Under the pieces are notes generated by a model. It did not search any database. It was not told the origin of the DNA and was given only the letters and a program-made list of their open reading frames with translations. Made by a program: the position numbers and the translations under genes. From Chara braunii (taxonomy: Eukaryota; Plantae; Charophyceae): a stretch of 59,644 bases of DNA. This document shows positions 35,128 through 48,614 of this stretch, in pieces (within the stretch, counting starts at the first letter, position 1; every line of letters begins with the position of its first letter). Where the stretch lies: contig BFEA01000032.1 in assembly GCA_003427395.1 (NCBI GenBank), positions 224,206-283,849 of the forward strand, given 5' to 3'.

Positions 35128-37725
35128 CTGAGTATAAAAGAAAATATTTTACTTATATTTGCATGTGAGCTGACAGTTGGGCATTGTTTCCAAGTTGAAT
35201 GGTCCAGCGCTAAGCCATATCACTAATAAGAGAAGGGAAAATACAGAGTACAATTAGAAATAATCTGGGCAAGTTGAACATTGTTTCCAATCCGAATGGT
35301 TCAGTCCCCTACTCATATTTTCATTTCTTTTGAGAACAAATTCAGAAAGTTAGTAAATTTTGGATATTAAACAGTTCAGCGCGACTGGAATGGTCTAGTC
35401 ACATGCCCAAAGAAGAGAGAAGTAGTTGTGCAACCTGTGTATATCTTAAGGCACACTGGACATTGTTTCCAAGCCGAATGGTCTAGCGTTATATCATATG
35501 TAAGTTGGGTATAAGGGTTGAATTACCTTAAGGTTCATGAACTATTTTATATAAATGGACTTGGGATGGTGAGAGTACTTACCCTTGTGGTTTGGCCTGC
35601 ATGTGACTGAGTGCGACCACTTCTTAGTCTGAGTTTCAGTTTGATAGGTAGTTGCTTTCGTTGCTCGCCACGTGCTAGAGCCATAAGAGTTAGTTTCAAT
35701 TTCTACATTTTCTGGGATCATTTATTATACTTAGTCTTGTATAAATCCTGGTTAGCTACTTTCCCTATGGGAAGCGATGCCGAAATTTCTACAAAACCAA
35801 GGAGTTAGTCATATTTTATCTTTTCAAAGTTCAGTTCGTCTGACTTTTATATACGACTTAGTAAAAATCTGGAGAGTCTCCTTTTCTAAAGAGAGTGCTG
35901 CCCAAATTTTGCTAGTTCAGGGAGCTAGATAAAATTGGACCTTGAGAAGTCAAAATCAGTTTAGATTCTGAACTTGGCTTTGTATAAATTTTGGTCAGCT
36001 ACTTTCTCTACGGGAAGCGCTGCCGAAATTTCTGCAAATTCAGGGAGTTAGACAAAATTGGACTTTGGAAGGTTAAAGATTATTTCTTTTTTCACATTAA
36101 GGCTGAAATAAATTCTAGAAAGGCAATTTTCCTACATGAAGCGCTGCCGAAATTTCTTAGTTTAGAGGAGATAGATTATATTTTAACAGGTGGCGACTCT
36201 GGCGATCCACTCTGTACGTGGGAGATTCTGTCATAGGTCTACCTTACTTTGGGCAGTGGCTTCGAGATAGACCTAGGCTTGGTTATCAGGGGAATCTTGA
36301 GTGAGAACGTGTCATGGGAATTTGATCTCCACACATTGACGATTTAGTTTGGATATTGACCTGTCTTATGATACAGGTCTTCTTTGGACATTCGATCCAG
36401 GATTTTGACTAGTTCCAGCTTGATCCTACGAGGATCATTTTCTGTTATCACTGATAACAGGTCGGTTGGTTGATCGCCGACTCGTCGGCTCAAGACACAA
36501 CTTTGCTTACACCTGTACCTTTGCTTGATTGCCTTAGCCCTGAGATTTGATACGTTTCTTTGAGGATTTTAACCGGACTTCTTTTAAATAGTCATTATAA
36601 AGAATTTATAAGATTCATAGAAAGTTGAACTATGACTGAGGCTTGAGTGTGTAAGGCGTGGTACGAGTTACAGGGAACTGTAAAGTTGACCACATTGGTG
36701 TATGGCAATGTGGCTATTGTGTGTGCATGTGTTTTATGCAGGTTAGTATTTGGAGCTTGGTATATGAGCCATACTTTGGAGGCAGTGAGAATGACAACCA
36801 TGTGACGCATGATCTGCATACCTGGTGGGTTTATGTTTCTCCCTCTTTTATTTTATCTCGAGTCCTGATTTGATATATGAGTGTTGATAGATGAGGTTAC
36901 TGATTGATTTTGCTTATTAATTTTTATAGTTGGACGTTGAAGTCCGTGGCAGTCGTCAAAGTCAAACCCCTTGACTTCCTTCCAGACCTTGGATGATGGA
37001 GCTGATCTCCAGGGTCATAAGAGATGATTTCCACCACAGGTATGAACCTGTGTACCACCCGCTCTCCTCAGGGTGCAAAAGAGGGTGTGGTTTTCAACCG
37101 CACTTGGCGGTTGTCCAGCGTCGAGAGATCATTCCCTCAAGGCGCGTGTCAACCGACACTTGAGTGTCGAATGCGACCCTCGAGATTAACGAGGACCGCA
37201 CGAGTATGGGTACTACATAGTACGCCACCATTGTGACTGCTTGTGTACGCTTGCATTGCGAGTCGATATAAGTTAGCCCTGCGTCCGCGCGGTTTTATAT
37301 TAAGTCTCGCGAGGGTCGCCTATCCGATTTCCGCATCGGAAAGTTATGGGATGGCTACTAAGGGACTAGGAGTATTGTCGTGTTGTTTGTTCAGAGTCGT
37401 TCTGTATATGTATATGTACGTGGGTGTGTGTTTTATTTTTCTGTTCTTGATAGTGGTGTGCGTGTGGTGTGTGGGATGCGTCCTAGTCGACCGGCGACGA
37501 GTCTCGCTTGGGACCTCAACCCCCCACGATGTCGGTTCGCGTGCGGGTTCGATAGAGGCGTAATACCACGCGTACCCCCTATGCCACAATGAATGAGAAA
37601 CGCCCTCGGTTGGTCCACCTCTGCGATTGCAACAGATCAACTTTCGTACTGTGGACTGGTAGCTCGGCGGGGATACACCCACCGAAGGGAGGTGACAACT
37701 CCCGTAAGGTGGCGGTAAGTGGTGC
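35128..37725 (+). mobile_element. Element B3, 3' half (continues 45771-45954)
   Basis: Colinear with B2 from ~27235. Interrupted by B4 at GTGC; the tail ends gcgctcgaca|gcgg at 45954. Confidence 0.85.
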
Positions 37726-38724
37726 TGTCGGCGCGAATACCCTTGCAAGGGTATCTGCTCTGGGTTTTGCAGATAAGAGGGGAAATGGGTTTGGTCGAAA
37801 TAAGTCGTGCGAGGCACGACCTCGTCCGGGACCCGCCTTGGTTAAGTTAGGGGGTATGTGGGTGTGCAGTCTTATGGCGCGCGTGTGATTTTTTTGATTG
37901 AGTGGGCGGCCTGTCTAGTCGACCGGCCCGGACCGTGTTGCGGATTTGGCCAAAGAATGAAAGTTCGTTCTTGGATTGACGCGCACGACCGACGGTAGGA
38001 CTGGCGCGCGGGATGGCCACGGCGCGGGTTGGCAGGCCGACACGGACATCTAGGGGCCGTGGGTGCAAATGTAGGTCGAAAGAATGGCCAGGGCGGTATC
38101 TTGGCCATGAGCACCGCGCGGTACCACTTTACATGGGTGGTCAAGCTTGTTGGTCGCAAGCTGGGGCATAGCCCTATAGGTTACGGTGTCGGACTACTGC
38201 TATGGAGGGTTGGGGATCAAGGCCAGCGGGCGTCGATGCAGTAGCAGCGGAGCGTCATGAAGGAAACTCAGGGGGTTGAGGGCCCGACGGGGCTATCCCC
38301 CCCCGGTTTTGTTAGTAGGCGCGGCAACGGACCCGATCCACGGGACCGGTAGGGCATCAGCAGCCCCCACACCTTGCTCAAAATTTTATGTTATGTTATT
38401 CTATTTTATCCTTGTTACCTTTTATTTATTAAATTTTTATTGTTATTCGCGGTCCCGTTTTGATTCGGGGCCGTAGCACGGCTGGTTACTTAGGGTTTGA
38501 AGGACCGTGGAAGGGGGTACTACCGCGACTAGGCCTTCGGGACATCCGTCAAAACGTGGGACGGGCTAGCGAGTCGGGGTGCTTGTCACTGTTGTGGTTT
38601 GTACTACATGTTGGGGTACCGGCCTGAACCCGGCCTCGAAGGGGGGCCAGATCCGCGCACAGCCTCATAAGGCAGGGTGGTACTAACGCTTTGCGAGGGG
38701 CTGCGGGGCGTGGCCGCAGCGGGG

Positions 38725-38812
38725 GTCCTTCGGGACATCCGTAAAAGTTGGAACGATACAGAAAATGAAGCTTCGTACCGCCCCGCGCACCATAGGTAGG
38801 TATAAATCGAGA
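38725..38812 (+). pseudogene. U6: Degenerate U6 snRNA copy in B4 (plus a second 5' fragment at ~38532-38563)
   Basis: gtccttcgggacatccgtaaaagttggaacgatacaga, then ataaatcgaga at ~38802. The middle is diverged. Confidence 0.75.
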
Positions 38813-39579
38813 GGGGGGGGTTGTGACGAGGTTTTCTGCTCCTCGTTTTCTACGTTGCATTCGTTTCCGCGGTCCGTTGTGGTCAACCGCCGGCGGGGTA
38901 CGCTGCTGTTGTAGTCGAGTGGAGTCCAGGAACTGGCGGGGCCGCGCTGGGGAACACAGGGAGAGGAGGGTGGCAACGTGAGAACGCGAACCTGGACAGG
39001 GTTCCGACCCGGGTGCACTCGGCAACGGGAGGAAGGCACGGGGCGTATGCGGAGCAGGCCGTACTGTGGAGTGGCGAATAGCAGGGCAGTGAGGCGGGAG
39101 GAAGTGAGGACGCTGAGGTGGGGCGGAGCGCAGTCGGGGAGGAGCTAGTAGACGACGAGGAAGACGAATGAATGTGTCGGGGGTTCTGCAGCAGGTACAT
39201 GTGGAGCAATGCGCAGAGCCCGGCGGCACCAGGCAGCAGCAGGTAGCTAGCGCAGTGGGTGACAGGCAGCGGTGAGCGGGGTTGGGAGGTGGTAGAGACG
39301 GGGTGAACCCGGGCGCGTCTCCGCGCCGGATTCATTCGGGGGAAAAGGGGTTACGACGGAGCCAATGGTAGAGAAGCCCACCGATCTTTAACGCAGTGGG
39401 ACGGGTGAAGGTGTTAGTCGGGGGATTGCGGGCAGGGCGAACGCGGTGGTGAGGCCAGAACGGCGAAAGGAAGGGTGTCATGGAAGGTAGGGGGAAGAGC
39501 AGTGCGTCGGGGCCATGGCCGAACGAGGGAGGGGAATGACGGGAAGACGTGCCTCCCGCTCGTTTCTGAACGGAATCAG

Positions 39580-41163
39580 GCAGGTGAGGGCTCGAAACAA
39601 CGGTTTTCGAGAGGGGCGAGTACGGATCTGTAGTTAGTTTTGATAGGGAGTTAGTAAGTATAGAGCTAGCAAGGGAAGGTGGTGTGGGGACGTGGACGGG
39701 GGAGCGTGTGGAGGAGTCGAGAGGGAGGAGAAAGAGGCCGATGAACCCAGACGCACGGGGAGGCTACAGTCATGGGTTGTAGAGCTTATTGCAGCTCGTC
39801 GTCTTCTTGCAAAACTATAATCGCGTAGCCTCTCGCAATCGAGTCCGGATTTGAAATCGTCGTTCCGGTTTTCCAACTCTCGTTCATGATTTCTCATTCG
39901 TGATGTGCAACATTAATAGTTGAGTATGGTTGGACTATGAAACCAGGAGCGGAGGGACAGCGGGAAGGCAAGGACACAAGAAGGAAGGGGATAAGCAGAG
40001 CTTCCCGATGAATTGTAAGCAGAGAGGGAATGAAAGCCTGAAGACTTGCCCTCTCGCTTGTGTGCTACCCAGTCCGTCGCACGAAGTGGCAGGGGTCGGG
40101 GGCTCACCGATTAGCCGGTGCTCATCCTGTCGGAACGAGGGGGATTGATAAAGTTGGCGGCTTATTTACAAGGAGGGTTACACTCTCATTAGTTAAAGCA
40201 GCGGGGAGCAAGGCAGCGAAAGAATGAAGCTGCAGAGTTGGGACTGGTATTGTACCTTGCTAAGGACATGTCGGGCCATGCCTGAGTATACTGTGTAATG
40301 TGGTGCACAGATGTTGCTGTGGACCGTGGCCGTGGCTGTTGACCTGCATTGCTGTGTACTTGATGCTGCAGGTGAGGGCTCGAAACAACGGTTTTTGGGA
40401 GGGGCGAGTACGGATCTGTAGTTAGTTTTGATAGGGAGTTAGTAAGTATAGAGCTAGCAAGGGAAGGTGGTGCGCGAACGTGGACGGGGGAGTGTGTGGA
40501 GGAGTCGAGAGGGAGGAGAAAGAGGCCGATGAACCCGGACGCACGGGGAAGCTACAGTCATGGGGTGTAGAGCTTATTGCAGCTCGTCGTCTTCTTGCAA
40601 AACTATAATTGCGTAGCCTCTCGCAATCGAGTCCGGATTTGAAATCGTCGTTCCGGTTTCCAACTCTCGTTCGTGATTTCTCATTCGTGATGCGCAACAT
40701 TAATAGTTGAGTACGGCTGGACTATGAAACCAGGAGCGGAGGGACAGCGGGCAGGCAAGGACACAAGGAGGAAGGGGATAAGCAGAGCTTCCCGACGAAC
40801 TGTAAGCAGAGAGGGAATGGATAGCAAGCCTGAAGACTTGCCCTCTCGCTTGTGTGCTACCCAGTCCGTCGCACGAAGTGGCAGGGGTCGGGGGCTCGCC
40901 GATTAGTCGGTGATCAGCCTGTCGGGACGAGGGGGATTGATAAAGTTGGCGGCTTATTTACAAGGAGGGCTACGCTCTCATTAGTTAAAGCAGCGGAGAG
41001 CAAGGCAGTGAAAGAACGAAGCTGCAGAGTTGGGACTGCTATTGTACCTTGCTAAGGACATGTCGGGCCATGCCTGAATATACTGTGTAATGTGGTGTAC
41101 AGATGTTGCTGTGGACCGCGGCCGTGGTTGTTGACCTACATTGCTGTGTACTGTTGACGCTGC
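39580..41163 (+). repeat. ~790-bp tandem duplication inside B4
   Basis: gcaggtgagggctcgaaacaacgg at 39580 and 40368, with colinear units. Confidence 0.92.
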
Positions 41164-41948
41164 GGGCTGGGCGCAGACTACTGCTACTGACAACTATTGC
41201 AAACTGCTACTGCTCGCTGTTGGCTACTGCATATTACGGCATACTATCGTAGGTTGTGGCCAGTTGATATAGCCGTTGTGCGGTGGCGATTGAACTAAAG
41301 GGAAATGCTAGGATTCAGAGGGGTGATTGGACTATGAGGCGAACTGCTGCGAATTGGGGAGTCCTTAGGAGGGTTTGGGTTTCGCGGTCAGCGTTAGTTT
41401 GACCCGACGGGTGTTACTTAGCTTCCATTGCAGGGCCCTCAGGCGAGTGAAGATATCAAGGCTCTCTCCTGCGAGTATGAGTGCACCCCTCTTGTATCTG
41501 AGAGACTTAGTGATTCTTCTTCTGCCCTTCTTACTCTCGATCTAGTCTGTTGGTTCTGAGAGGAAGGCGGCAGGCGGGATTGCAACCCGTAATCCGCGCC
41601 AAGGCCTTTGTGGGAGGTTCGCCCCACCGATTGCGGGAGATCTGCCGGAACTCAGGAGGAGTTCTGGAGGCAGGGAACTAGAGGGTAATCATTGTTTCCC
41701 CTCTATACACCCAAGTATAACCCCTATTTGTACATTTTTCTATGGTTGGCTGAATGTGTTGCATGCGCCCCTACCTTGGCCGTGGTTCGACCTTCAGGAC
41801 ATAAGTCAGACTAAGTAAAGGAATGTATGCATAATGACAGTCTCAGTCTCTTGATTGCCTGAAAGCAGACTTGTTCAGGAAAGGGGGGTGCATCAGGGGG
41901 AAGGGTGGGAGAAAGGCAGTTTTGCTTGAGATTGAAATAGTTTTATAG

Positions 41949-42853
41949 GGTCAAGCATGTTCCATAAGATTGGATGGTCTGACTACTGTATTCATTCTGG
42001 TTTTCTGAAAAGGTCAAACTTTGTTTCTATGATGGATGACTTGGTCATTGTGTTTATTTAATTTCGTCAGGCTTTGTTTCTAAGATGAATGGCCTTGCTA
42101 TTTACTTTGTGGGGTTTTGGCTGTGCAAACTTGAGGACCAGACTTTGTTTCTACAATGAATGGTCTGGTCGTTGTTTATATTTGGGTGGTTTCTGAACAG
42201 CCTTTGGGTATACTCAGAGTGCTCTGCCTTTTTTTTGTGCTGAGAAGAGAGGGTTGAGCTTTGTTTCTAAGATGAATGACTCAACTCTTTCGGTTGTTTT
42301 ATTCTGAGGGAATAAATCATATTGAGGACAAAGCATGTTCCATAAGATTGGATGGCTTTGGACTCATGCCACACACAAATGGATCAGAGAGAAATCAACT
42401 TGGCAAAGGACCAGATATGTTTTATAAGATTGGATGGTCTGGTCCAATGCCTCGCACATGCTGGAACCCAAAAGGTTATAATTTAGCTATATCCTATTAT
42501 TATTCTACTTAAGAATAGGCTAGCCAGGCAAGGGTTCCATAAGATTGGATGGTCTAACTATAGCTTACCATAAGTTGAAGAGAGTACAACTAAGAATATA
42601 ATTGAGGGTAACTTTGGGCAGGCTGAGCTTTGTTTCTAAGATGAATGGCTCAGTCCTATACTCAGTTTTTGAACACTAAGTTCAGTGAGATATATATAAC
42701 TTGGATATTAAACAGTTCAGGGCGACGAGGCATTGTTTCTAAGATGAATAACTTAGTCATGTGTCCAAAGGAAGAGAAAAGTAGTTGTGCAACATGTTCG
42801 TGTATACTTGATGGCTGAGTCAGGCATGTTCCATAAGATTGGATGACCTGACT
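41949..42853 (+). repeat. Array of 11 bulged hexaloop hairpins (mostly TAAGAT loop) in B4
   Basis: Two interleaved cores, ca-tgt-tcca-taagat-tgga-tg and ttgt-ttc-taagat-gaa-tg, each closed by a different paired stem (gaccaga/tctggtc, gttgag/ctcaac, agtcagg/cctgact). Confidence 0.9.
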
Positions 42854-45800
42854 TTACGCCCTATGTAAGCTGGGTATAAAGGGGTTAAATCACTGAAAGA
42901 CTATGAACGATTGTTTGTTCAGGCATACTTTGGGGTGGTGAGAGTACTTACCTTTGTGGTTTGGCCTGCATGTGACTGAGTGAGGCTACTACTTAGTCTG
43001 AGTTTCAGTTTGACAGGTAGTTGCTTTAGAGGTTCGCCACGTGCTAGAGCGATAGGAGTTAGTCTCAATTCCTGCATCTTCTGAGCTAAGTTTATTTTAC
43101 TTAGATCTATTATCGCATTTTCTGGGATCTTTTGTTATACTTGGCTTTGTACAGATTTTGGTAAGCTACTTTCTCTACGGGAAGCGCTGCCGAAATTTAT
43201 GCAAATCCAAGAAGTTAGTCAAACTTTAACTTTTCAAAATTCAACTTGTCTAAAGTTCATACATGACTTAGTAAAAATCTGGGAAGTCTTCGTTTCTAAA
43301 GGAAGTGTTGCCCAAATTTTTGCTAATTTAGGGAGTTAGACAAAATTGGACTTTGGAAACTCAAGGACTATTTCTGGTTTTATATTCAGGTTGGTGTAAA
43401 GTATGGAGAGGCACTTTTCCTACGGGAAGCGCAACCGAAATTTTCTTAGTTTAAAGGAGTTAGATTATATTTTGACAGGTGGCGATTCTGGCGATCCACT
43501 CTGTATAGGGGAGATTATGCCAGAGTCTACCTTTGCTTTGGGCACTGCCTAGCAGTAGATTCAGGCTTAGTCAATTAGGATGATTTATGTGAGATCGTGA
43601 TATGGGGTTTATTCTCCATGGACTTATAGGCTTAGCCTGGGGATTGATTTGTCTTGTGTTACAGGTCTTCTAGACCGTTTGATTCAGGATTTGGACCAAT
43701 TTCAGCTTGATCCTATAAGGATCATCTTCTGTTATCACTGATAACAGGTCGGTCGCCGATTCGTCGGTCTACGACTCAATTCCAACTCACACTTCGAACT
43801 CAACCTAAAAGGCTTTAGCCCTGGTGATCTTATTGTTTTATTAAGGTTTTCACCCGGACTTTTATTGAATGTTCATTTAACAAAGGTGCTGAGTATTTAA
43901 TTATGGTTGGTTGGACTGAAGATTGGGGCTTGCATGGCTAAAGTGAGGGGTATGAGTACAGAGGATGGTTGGGGTTGACTCTGTGTAGTGCGTGAGTCGC
44001 CGTGGACTGTCATTTGATTCGCTGATGTGATTGCAGGTATGTTCTGTGACTCAAATTTGAGATTTGATTGACCTACGATCACATATATACATATGGTTGC
44101 AAGAAGGCCCACTGAGACTGTGAGAAGTGATCGTCACATACTTACCCCTTTATATATGTATATGTGGATGCACCTATGATGAGTGTTCGCGTGACCTAAG
44201 GGGTCCCGTACTATAGGCTTACAAGGACTGAGGGACCTAAGGAAGATCCTTCCCTTTATTCTGACTGCTTCTTGAGGGCTTCTCAGTCGGACGTTGGTCC
44301 TAGGCCGGGGTTCAAGGTCCTTGTCCAGGACACCCCAAGCCCTAGGCTCTGCGGGGAGTGAGCCTCCCCTCGCGCAGAGCCTATTAGCTCTGCCCATCGA
44401 GACACCCAACCCTGAGGGCAGAAGCGTAGCGAGGGCCGAACGGCATGTCCTTCAGCCGTTCAATATCGTGAGGGGTGGCCCCTCGCGATATATTCCTTCA
44501 GCCATTCAATATCGCGAGGCCGAAGCCGCGATCACCACGCATGACTAGCATCGTTAGTTGGTATAGGGTTGGCCTACAAACCGCGCGGCTCTATATTAGA
44601 ATTCTGCGCGCGACGCTTCTCTGCCCTTGTATCTAAAGAGTTATGGGATAGCGGGACTTGCATGTAAGCACAAATGTATGGGACCACTATAGGCCGCTGG
44701 TGCTAACCGAGAAAGGCACCCAGGGGCATGATTATTGAGATAGGGGAGGCCTCCGGCCTACTTTTGCTGCTTTGAGTTATCATGGTTGGACGTTATAGTC
44801 CGTGGCAGCCGTCAAAGTCAAACCCCTTGACTTGGAGTAGGACTTATCCCCAAGGCCGCAAGAAACGACTGCCATCACAAGTGCGGACCTGTGTACCACC
44901 CGCTCTGCACAGAGTGCAGAAGAGGTACAATTTTTTGGAAAAACTTGTCACAGTGTGTGGTCTTCAACCGCGCATGGCGGTTCTCCAGCGTCGAAAGATT
45001 AACCCTCAAGGCGCGTGTCAGCCGACACTTGAGTGTCGAATGCGACCCCCGGGTTTAACGAGGGTCGTGTAAGTATGGGTACTACATAGTACGCCATCAG
45101 TGTGACCGCTTGCACATGTTAGCATTGCGAGTCGATATGAGTTAGCCCTGCATCCGCGCGACTTTATACTAAGTCTCGCGCGTGTCGCCTATCCGATTTC
45201 CGCATCGGAAAGTTATGGGATGACTGCTAAAGGACTAGGAGTGTTGTCGCGTTATTTATTTGTGTTGTTCTGTGTACGTGCGTGTGTATGTGTGTTTCAT
45301 TTTTTTGGGTTCGTAGTGTGGTGTATGCGTGGTGAGTGGGATGCGTCCTAGTCGACCGGCGACGGGCCGCGCTTGGGACTTCAGCCCCCCAAGTTGATGG
45401 TTCGCGTGCGGGCTCTGCAGAGGCGTATTACCGCGCGTACCCCCTATGCTACAGCGAACGAGAAACGCCCTCGGCTGGTCCACCTTTGCGATTGCAACTG
45501 ATTAGCTTTCGTACTGTGGACTGGTAGCTCGGCGGGGATATGCCCACCGAAGGGAGGTGACAACTCCCGTAAGGTGGAGGTAAGTCGTGCCTCGCGTAGG
45601 CCCTATCCTGTCGTAGGGGCTCGCGGGAGGTATGGCTGGCGCACTCGGCCGGAGCGGCTTGCGGAAGCTCCATGTGTATTCGCGGCGAAGGATTAAAACC
45701 AACTCCTTCGTGACGCGGCCGGGAGGGTCCCGCACTGCCCTGGTGCGATGCCGGACCGATGCGCTCGACAGTGCCTCGCGTAGGCCCTATCCTGTCGTAG

Positions 45801-45954
45801 GGGCTCGCGAGAGGTATGGTTGGCGCACTCGGCCGGAGCGGCTTGCGGAAGCTCCATGTATATTCGCGACGAAGGATTAAAACCAACTCCTGCGTGATGC
45901 AGCCAGGAGGGTCCCGTGCTACCCTTCAGTGGTGCCGGGCCGATGCGCTCGACA

Positions 45955-46090
45955 GCGGTCGGGTGCATTGCAAAAAGTTGGGAATTGATGTTCCTAGTGG
46001 AACATCAAGATTCCCAGCCGGGGGTGGCGGTCGGATGCATTGCCAAAAGCTGGGACTTGATGTTTCTAGTGGAACATCAAGATTCCCAGC
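45955..46090. repeat. ~66-bp tandem repeat with strong inverted repeat
   Basis: gggaa-ttgatgttcc-tagt-ggaacatcaa-ga-ttccc, two copies. Confidence 0.8.
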
Positions 46091-46174
46091 CCTCGATCGA
46101 AGTTCAGATCGAGGGTCAAACTAAGCCCCGTTTTTTGGCTAAGTCCCAAGTGGCTAACCACCACTCCAGCCCAT

Positions 46175-46183
46175 CTATAAAAG
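46175..46183 (+). promoter_or_regulatory. Putative TATA box of element C
   Basis: ctataaaag followed by a GA microsatellite (46256-46284), an arrangement common in plant LTR promoters. Inference only. Confidence 0.35.
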
Positions 46184-46251
46184 CAGGGCTGACCAGCAAC
46201 ATCCTCACTTAGTTGAGGTGCTGCCCACATTCTGGTTGAATGTGGAGTGCT

Positions 46252-46289
<38 letters not shown>

Positions 46290-47483
46290 GGTCTGCAGAG
46301 AGAGAAAGGGGGCTAAGGGAGAGACTGTTGGAGATGGTCATAGTTGTAGAGCATAGTCATAGCCACCACCTCGAGGGAAGGGAGAAGCGCTGGAGGTCTG
46401 CAGTGAGTGTGGGAGTGGAGGTTGTCATAGTCACCACTTCATTTGGTGAAGTGTACGAGAAGTGCTGATCATTCAGTGCATCGACGACAACCATTTTTGA
46501 AGAAGTACAGGGGAGGTATTGATCGTTCGGTGGGGCGACGACAGTCAATTGTGGTAAGGTGCAAGGGGAAGCGCTGCCCATTTTTTGCGGCAGCGACAGT
46601 GCGTTTTGGGTATTGGCGCAGAAGCGTTGTCCGTTTTTTTTGCGACGACGGTGATTTTTTTTACAGTGCTGACGTTATTCTGCCCGCATAGCGCGGCGAC
46701 AAGACATCGTTTCAGGGAGATGCCGTCAAAGTGGTGGTGTGTTTTGAGGTGGTGTGGAGGTTGTTTGCATAACGCAACAGTGACGCAGTGACGCAGTGAC
46801 GTTGGTGACGTGTGATGGTGACGCTGAGGCGCCGTGAGACTATTGGGAAGTGATTGTGTTGTGAGAAGGTATCGTGGCGGGCGGTCGTCACAAGAGAGTG
46901 GTGTGGATCACTTTGCTGAAGGTTCGTTGTGATAGTTTCTCATCTGAAGACAAGAGTTTATACAGTTTTCTTGAGTGGGTCATACATCAATTTCACTCAA
47001 GGTCAGTTTGACTCAGGCCCCTTCACACCTATGTGAACCCACACTTGCGTGACCCTGTTCTTTGAATGTTCACTGAAGAGGTAGAGGAAGTTGTGTTTTG
47101 TTTGCACGTATGAATGGAAGTCTGACATGAGTTTGGAATTGCATTGTCTTCTTTTGAACTTGTTGTTCGATTTGATGTGCATGTAGGTAGAAGGATTCCT
47201 AAAAAAAGGACCCGACCATGTTAATGGAAATGAATAGAAAAATGGTTGTCTTTTATTTCTCGCTTGTATGCATGTTGAAAGGATGGAAAATCAGTGGACG
47301 ACGAAAAGGAATTTGATCACACAAAGAAGAAGAAATCAATTGGACATAAACTCTTTCCTGAGGTTACTTGTGTTTTATTGAATGACCCTCTTTGTCTATG
47401 CTCGTCTATCTGAACGATTTTCTCTTCTGTGATTTTTTTTTTCCATCTAAGTTACCATTGACGTCAGGCGACAAGGGATCGTT

Positions 47484-48614
47484 TTGTCTTCCATGGTAGA
47501 CGTTTTTCCCTTTTATATGAGTCATCTGAGGTGGAGGTTCGTTGCCTTCGGAGCCGGCCCTGCTATCGACTCGGAGTTGACCGCTTATGCGGGGGTATAC
47601 CATGCTGTTGTGGTGGAACCAGCCCGACTTCTGAGATACGAGGTTCGTTCGGGCGAGGACGAGGACGAGGGGTATCCCAGACCACCTCCTAGGGGCAAGA
47701 CTTGCGGCAATTCACGGGGAGACCTTGAGTTTCATAACGCCTCACGTTAAGGGGGGAATTGCCATAGCATACCCCTTTAGTGGTCGTTTTAGGGGTCGCT
47801 CGCGCATGGGGAACTGAGCCACAAGAAGCTCGGTTCATGGCTATAAGTCGGAACAAAGTGCGGCTAGGCACTCTTGTCGTGGTTGGCCTCGCACAAGAAG
47901 CGAGGACCAATGGGGTCGATGTGGCGAGTAAGGCTTACATAGCTAGAGCCCAGGAATGACCCTTCTCAGCAGGGTCAAGGAGGACCACAAGGATAAGGCC
48001 TTTTGTCTTCTCTACATCGCAGGAAACCGATGGCGTACGCCGCGAGATTATTAACCCATTTTTTTTAATCGGACGCGCAGATGCCTAGGGCGAGGCGACA
48101 CTTGACGGTTCCGAAATACCTACTGGTGCGAGACACCATGGAAGAGGAGGCCATTGCGTGGGCGGAAAGGTTATCGATGGTCTTCGACGGGGCCCCTACT
48201 CGGTGGGTTGGTTTCATTGGAATGGTAAACAACAACCGCGGGTTTTTCCCCGCGGACTATGCCGCCATCCGCGCCATGGTGCCACGACGGTCGGACGAGC
48301 TTCATAGACATATATTGTACTTTCATCGAGTTATGGACATGAAGCTGCTGGCGCAAGTTGTGGTTGGGGTCCGAATTCACCCTTTTGTTCGGATATACAA
48401 CACTACTACGGAGAGACTGCTTCAGATGAATCGACAGTTCAGAGCGACTGTTTGGAGGATGACATATCAAGCGGCATCGCTTTACGATACGTACGAGGTA
48501 CATGTACGACGAAGCACGCGGACGGCGACTTTGACCTTCGATGCAGGCGAGTTTGCGTGGCTTGATGATCTTGAGGCGCAGGCGCAAGTTGGACCCCATC
48601 TCTACCATGAGTAG
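47484..48614 (+). pseudogene. Degenerate orphan ORF in element C (intact part 48081-48614, 177 aa)
   Basis: Protein-like frames 47484-47750, ~47768-48088 and 48081-48614 joined by stops/frameshifts. Paralog at 1148-2004. Poly(A) at ~48691. No family recognised. Confidence 0.5.

Larger units (their letters stand above)
37726..45770 (+). mobile_element. Element B4, 8045 bp non-coding TG...CA element nested in B3
   Basis: tgtcggcgcg...gcgctcgaca with perfect 4-bp TSD GTGC (37722-37725 / 45771-45774). 5' palindrome ataccctt-gc-aagggtat. Confidence 0.9.

Noticed and set aside
38549-39335. 226-aa and overlapping ORFs in B4
   Set aside because: GC-rich non-coding sequence overlapping U6 remnants, and not conserved in other copies.
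45590-45640. HDV-like ribozyme (cta-tcctgtcg-tag as P3/L3)
   Set aside because: P1/P2 pseudoknot pairings could not be built. A single long hairpin explains the sequence.
46135-46152. U2 snRNA fragment (ttttggctaag..caagtg)
   Set aside because: The match is too short to exclude chance.
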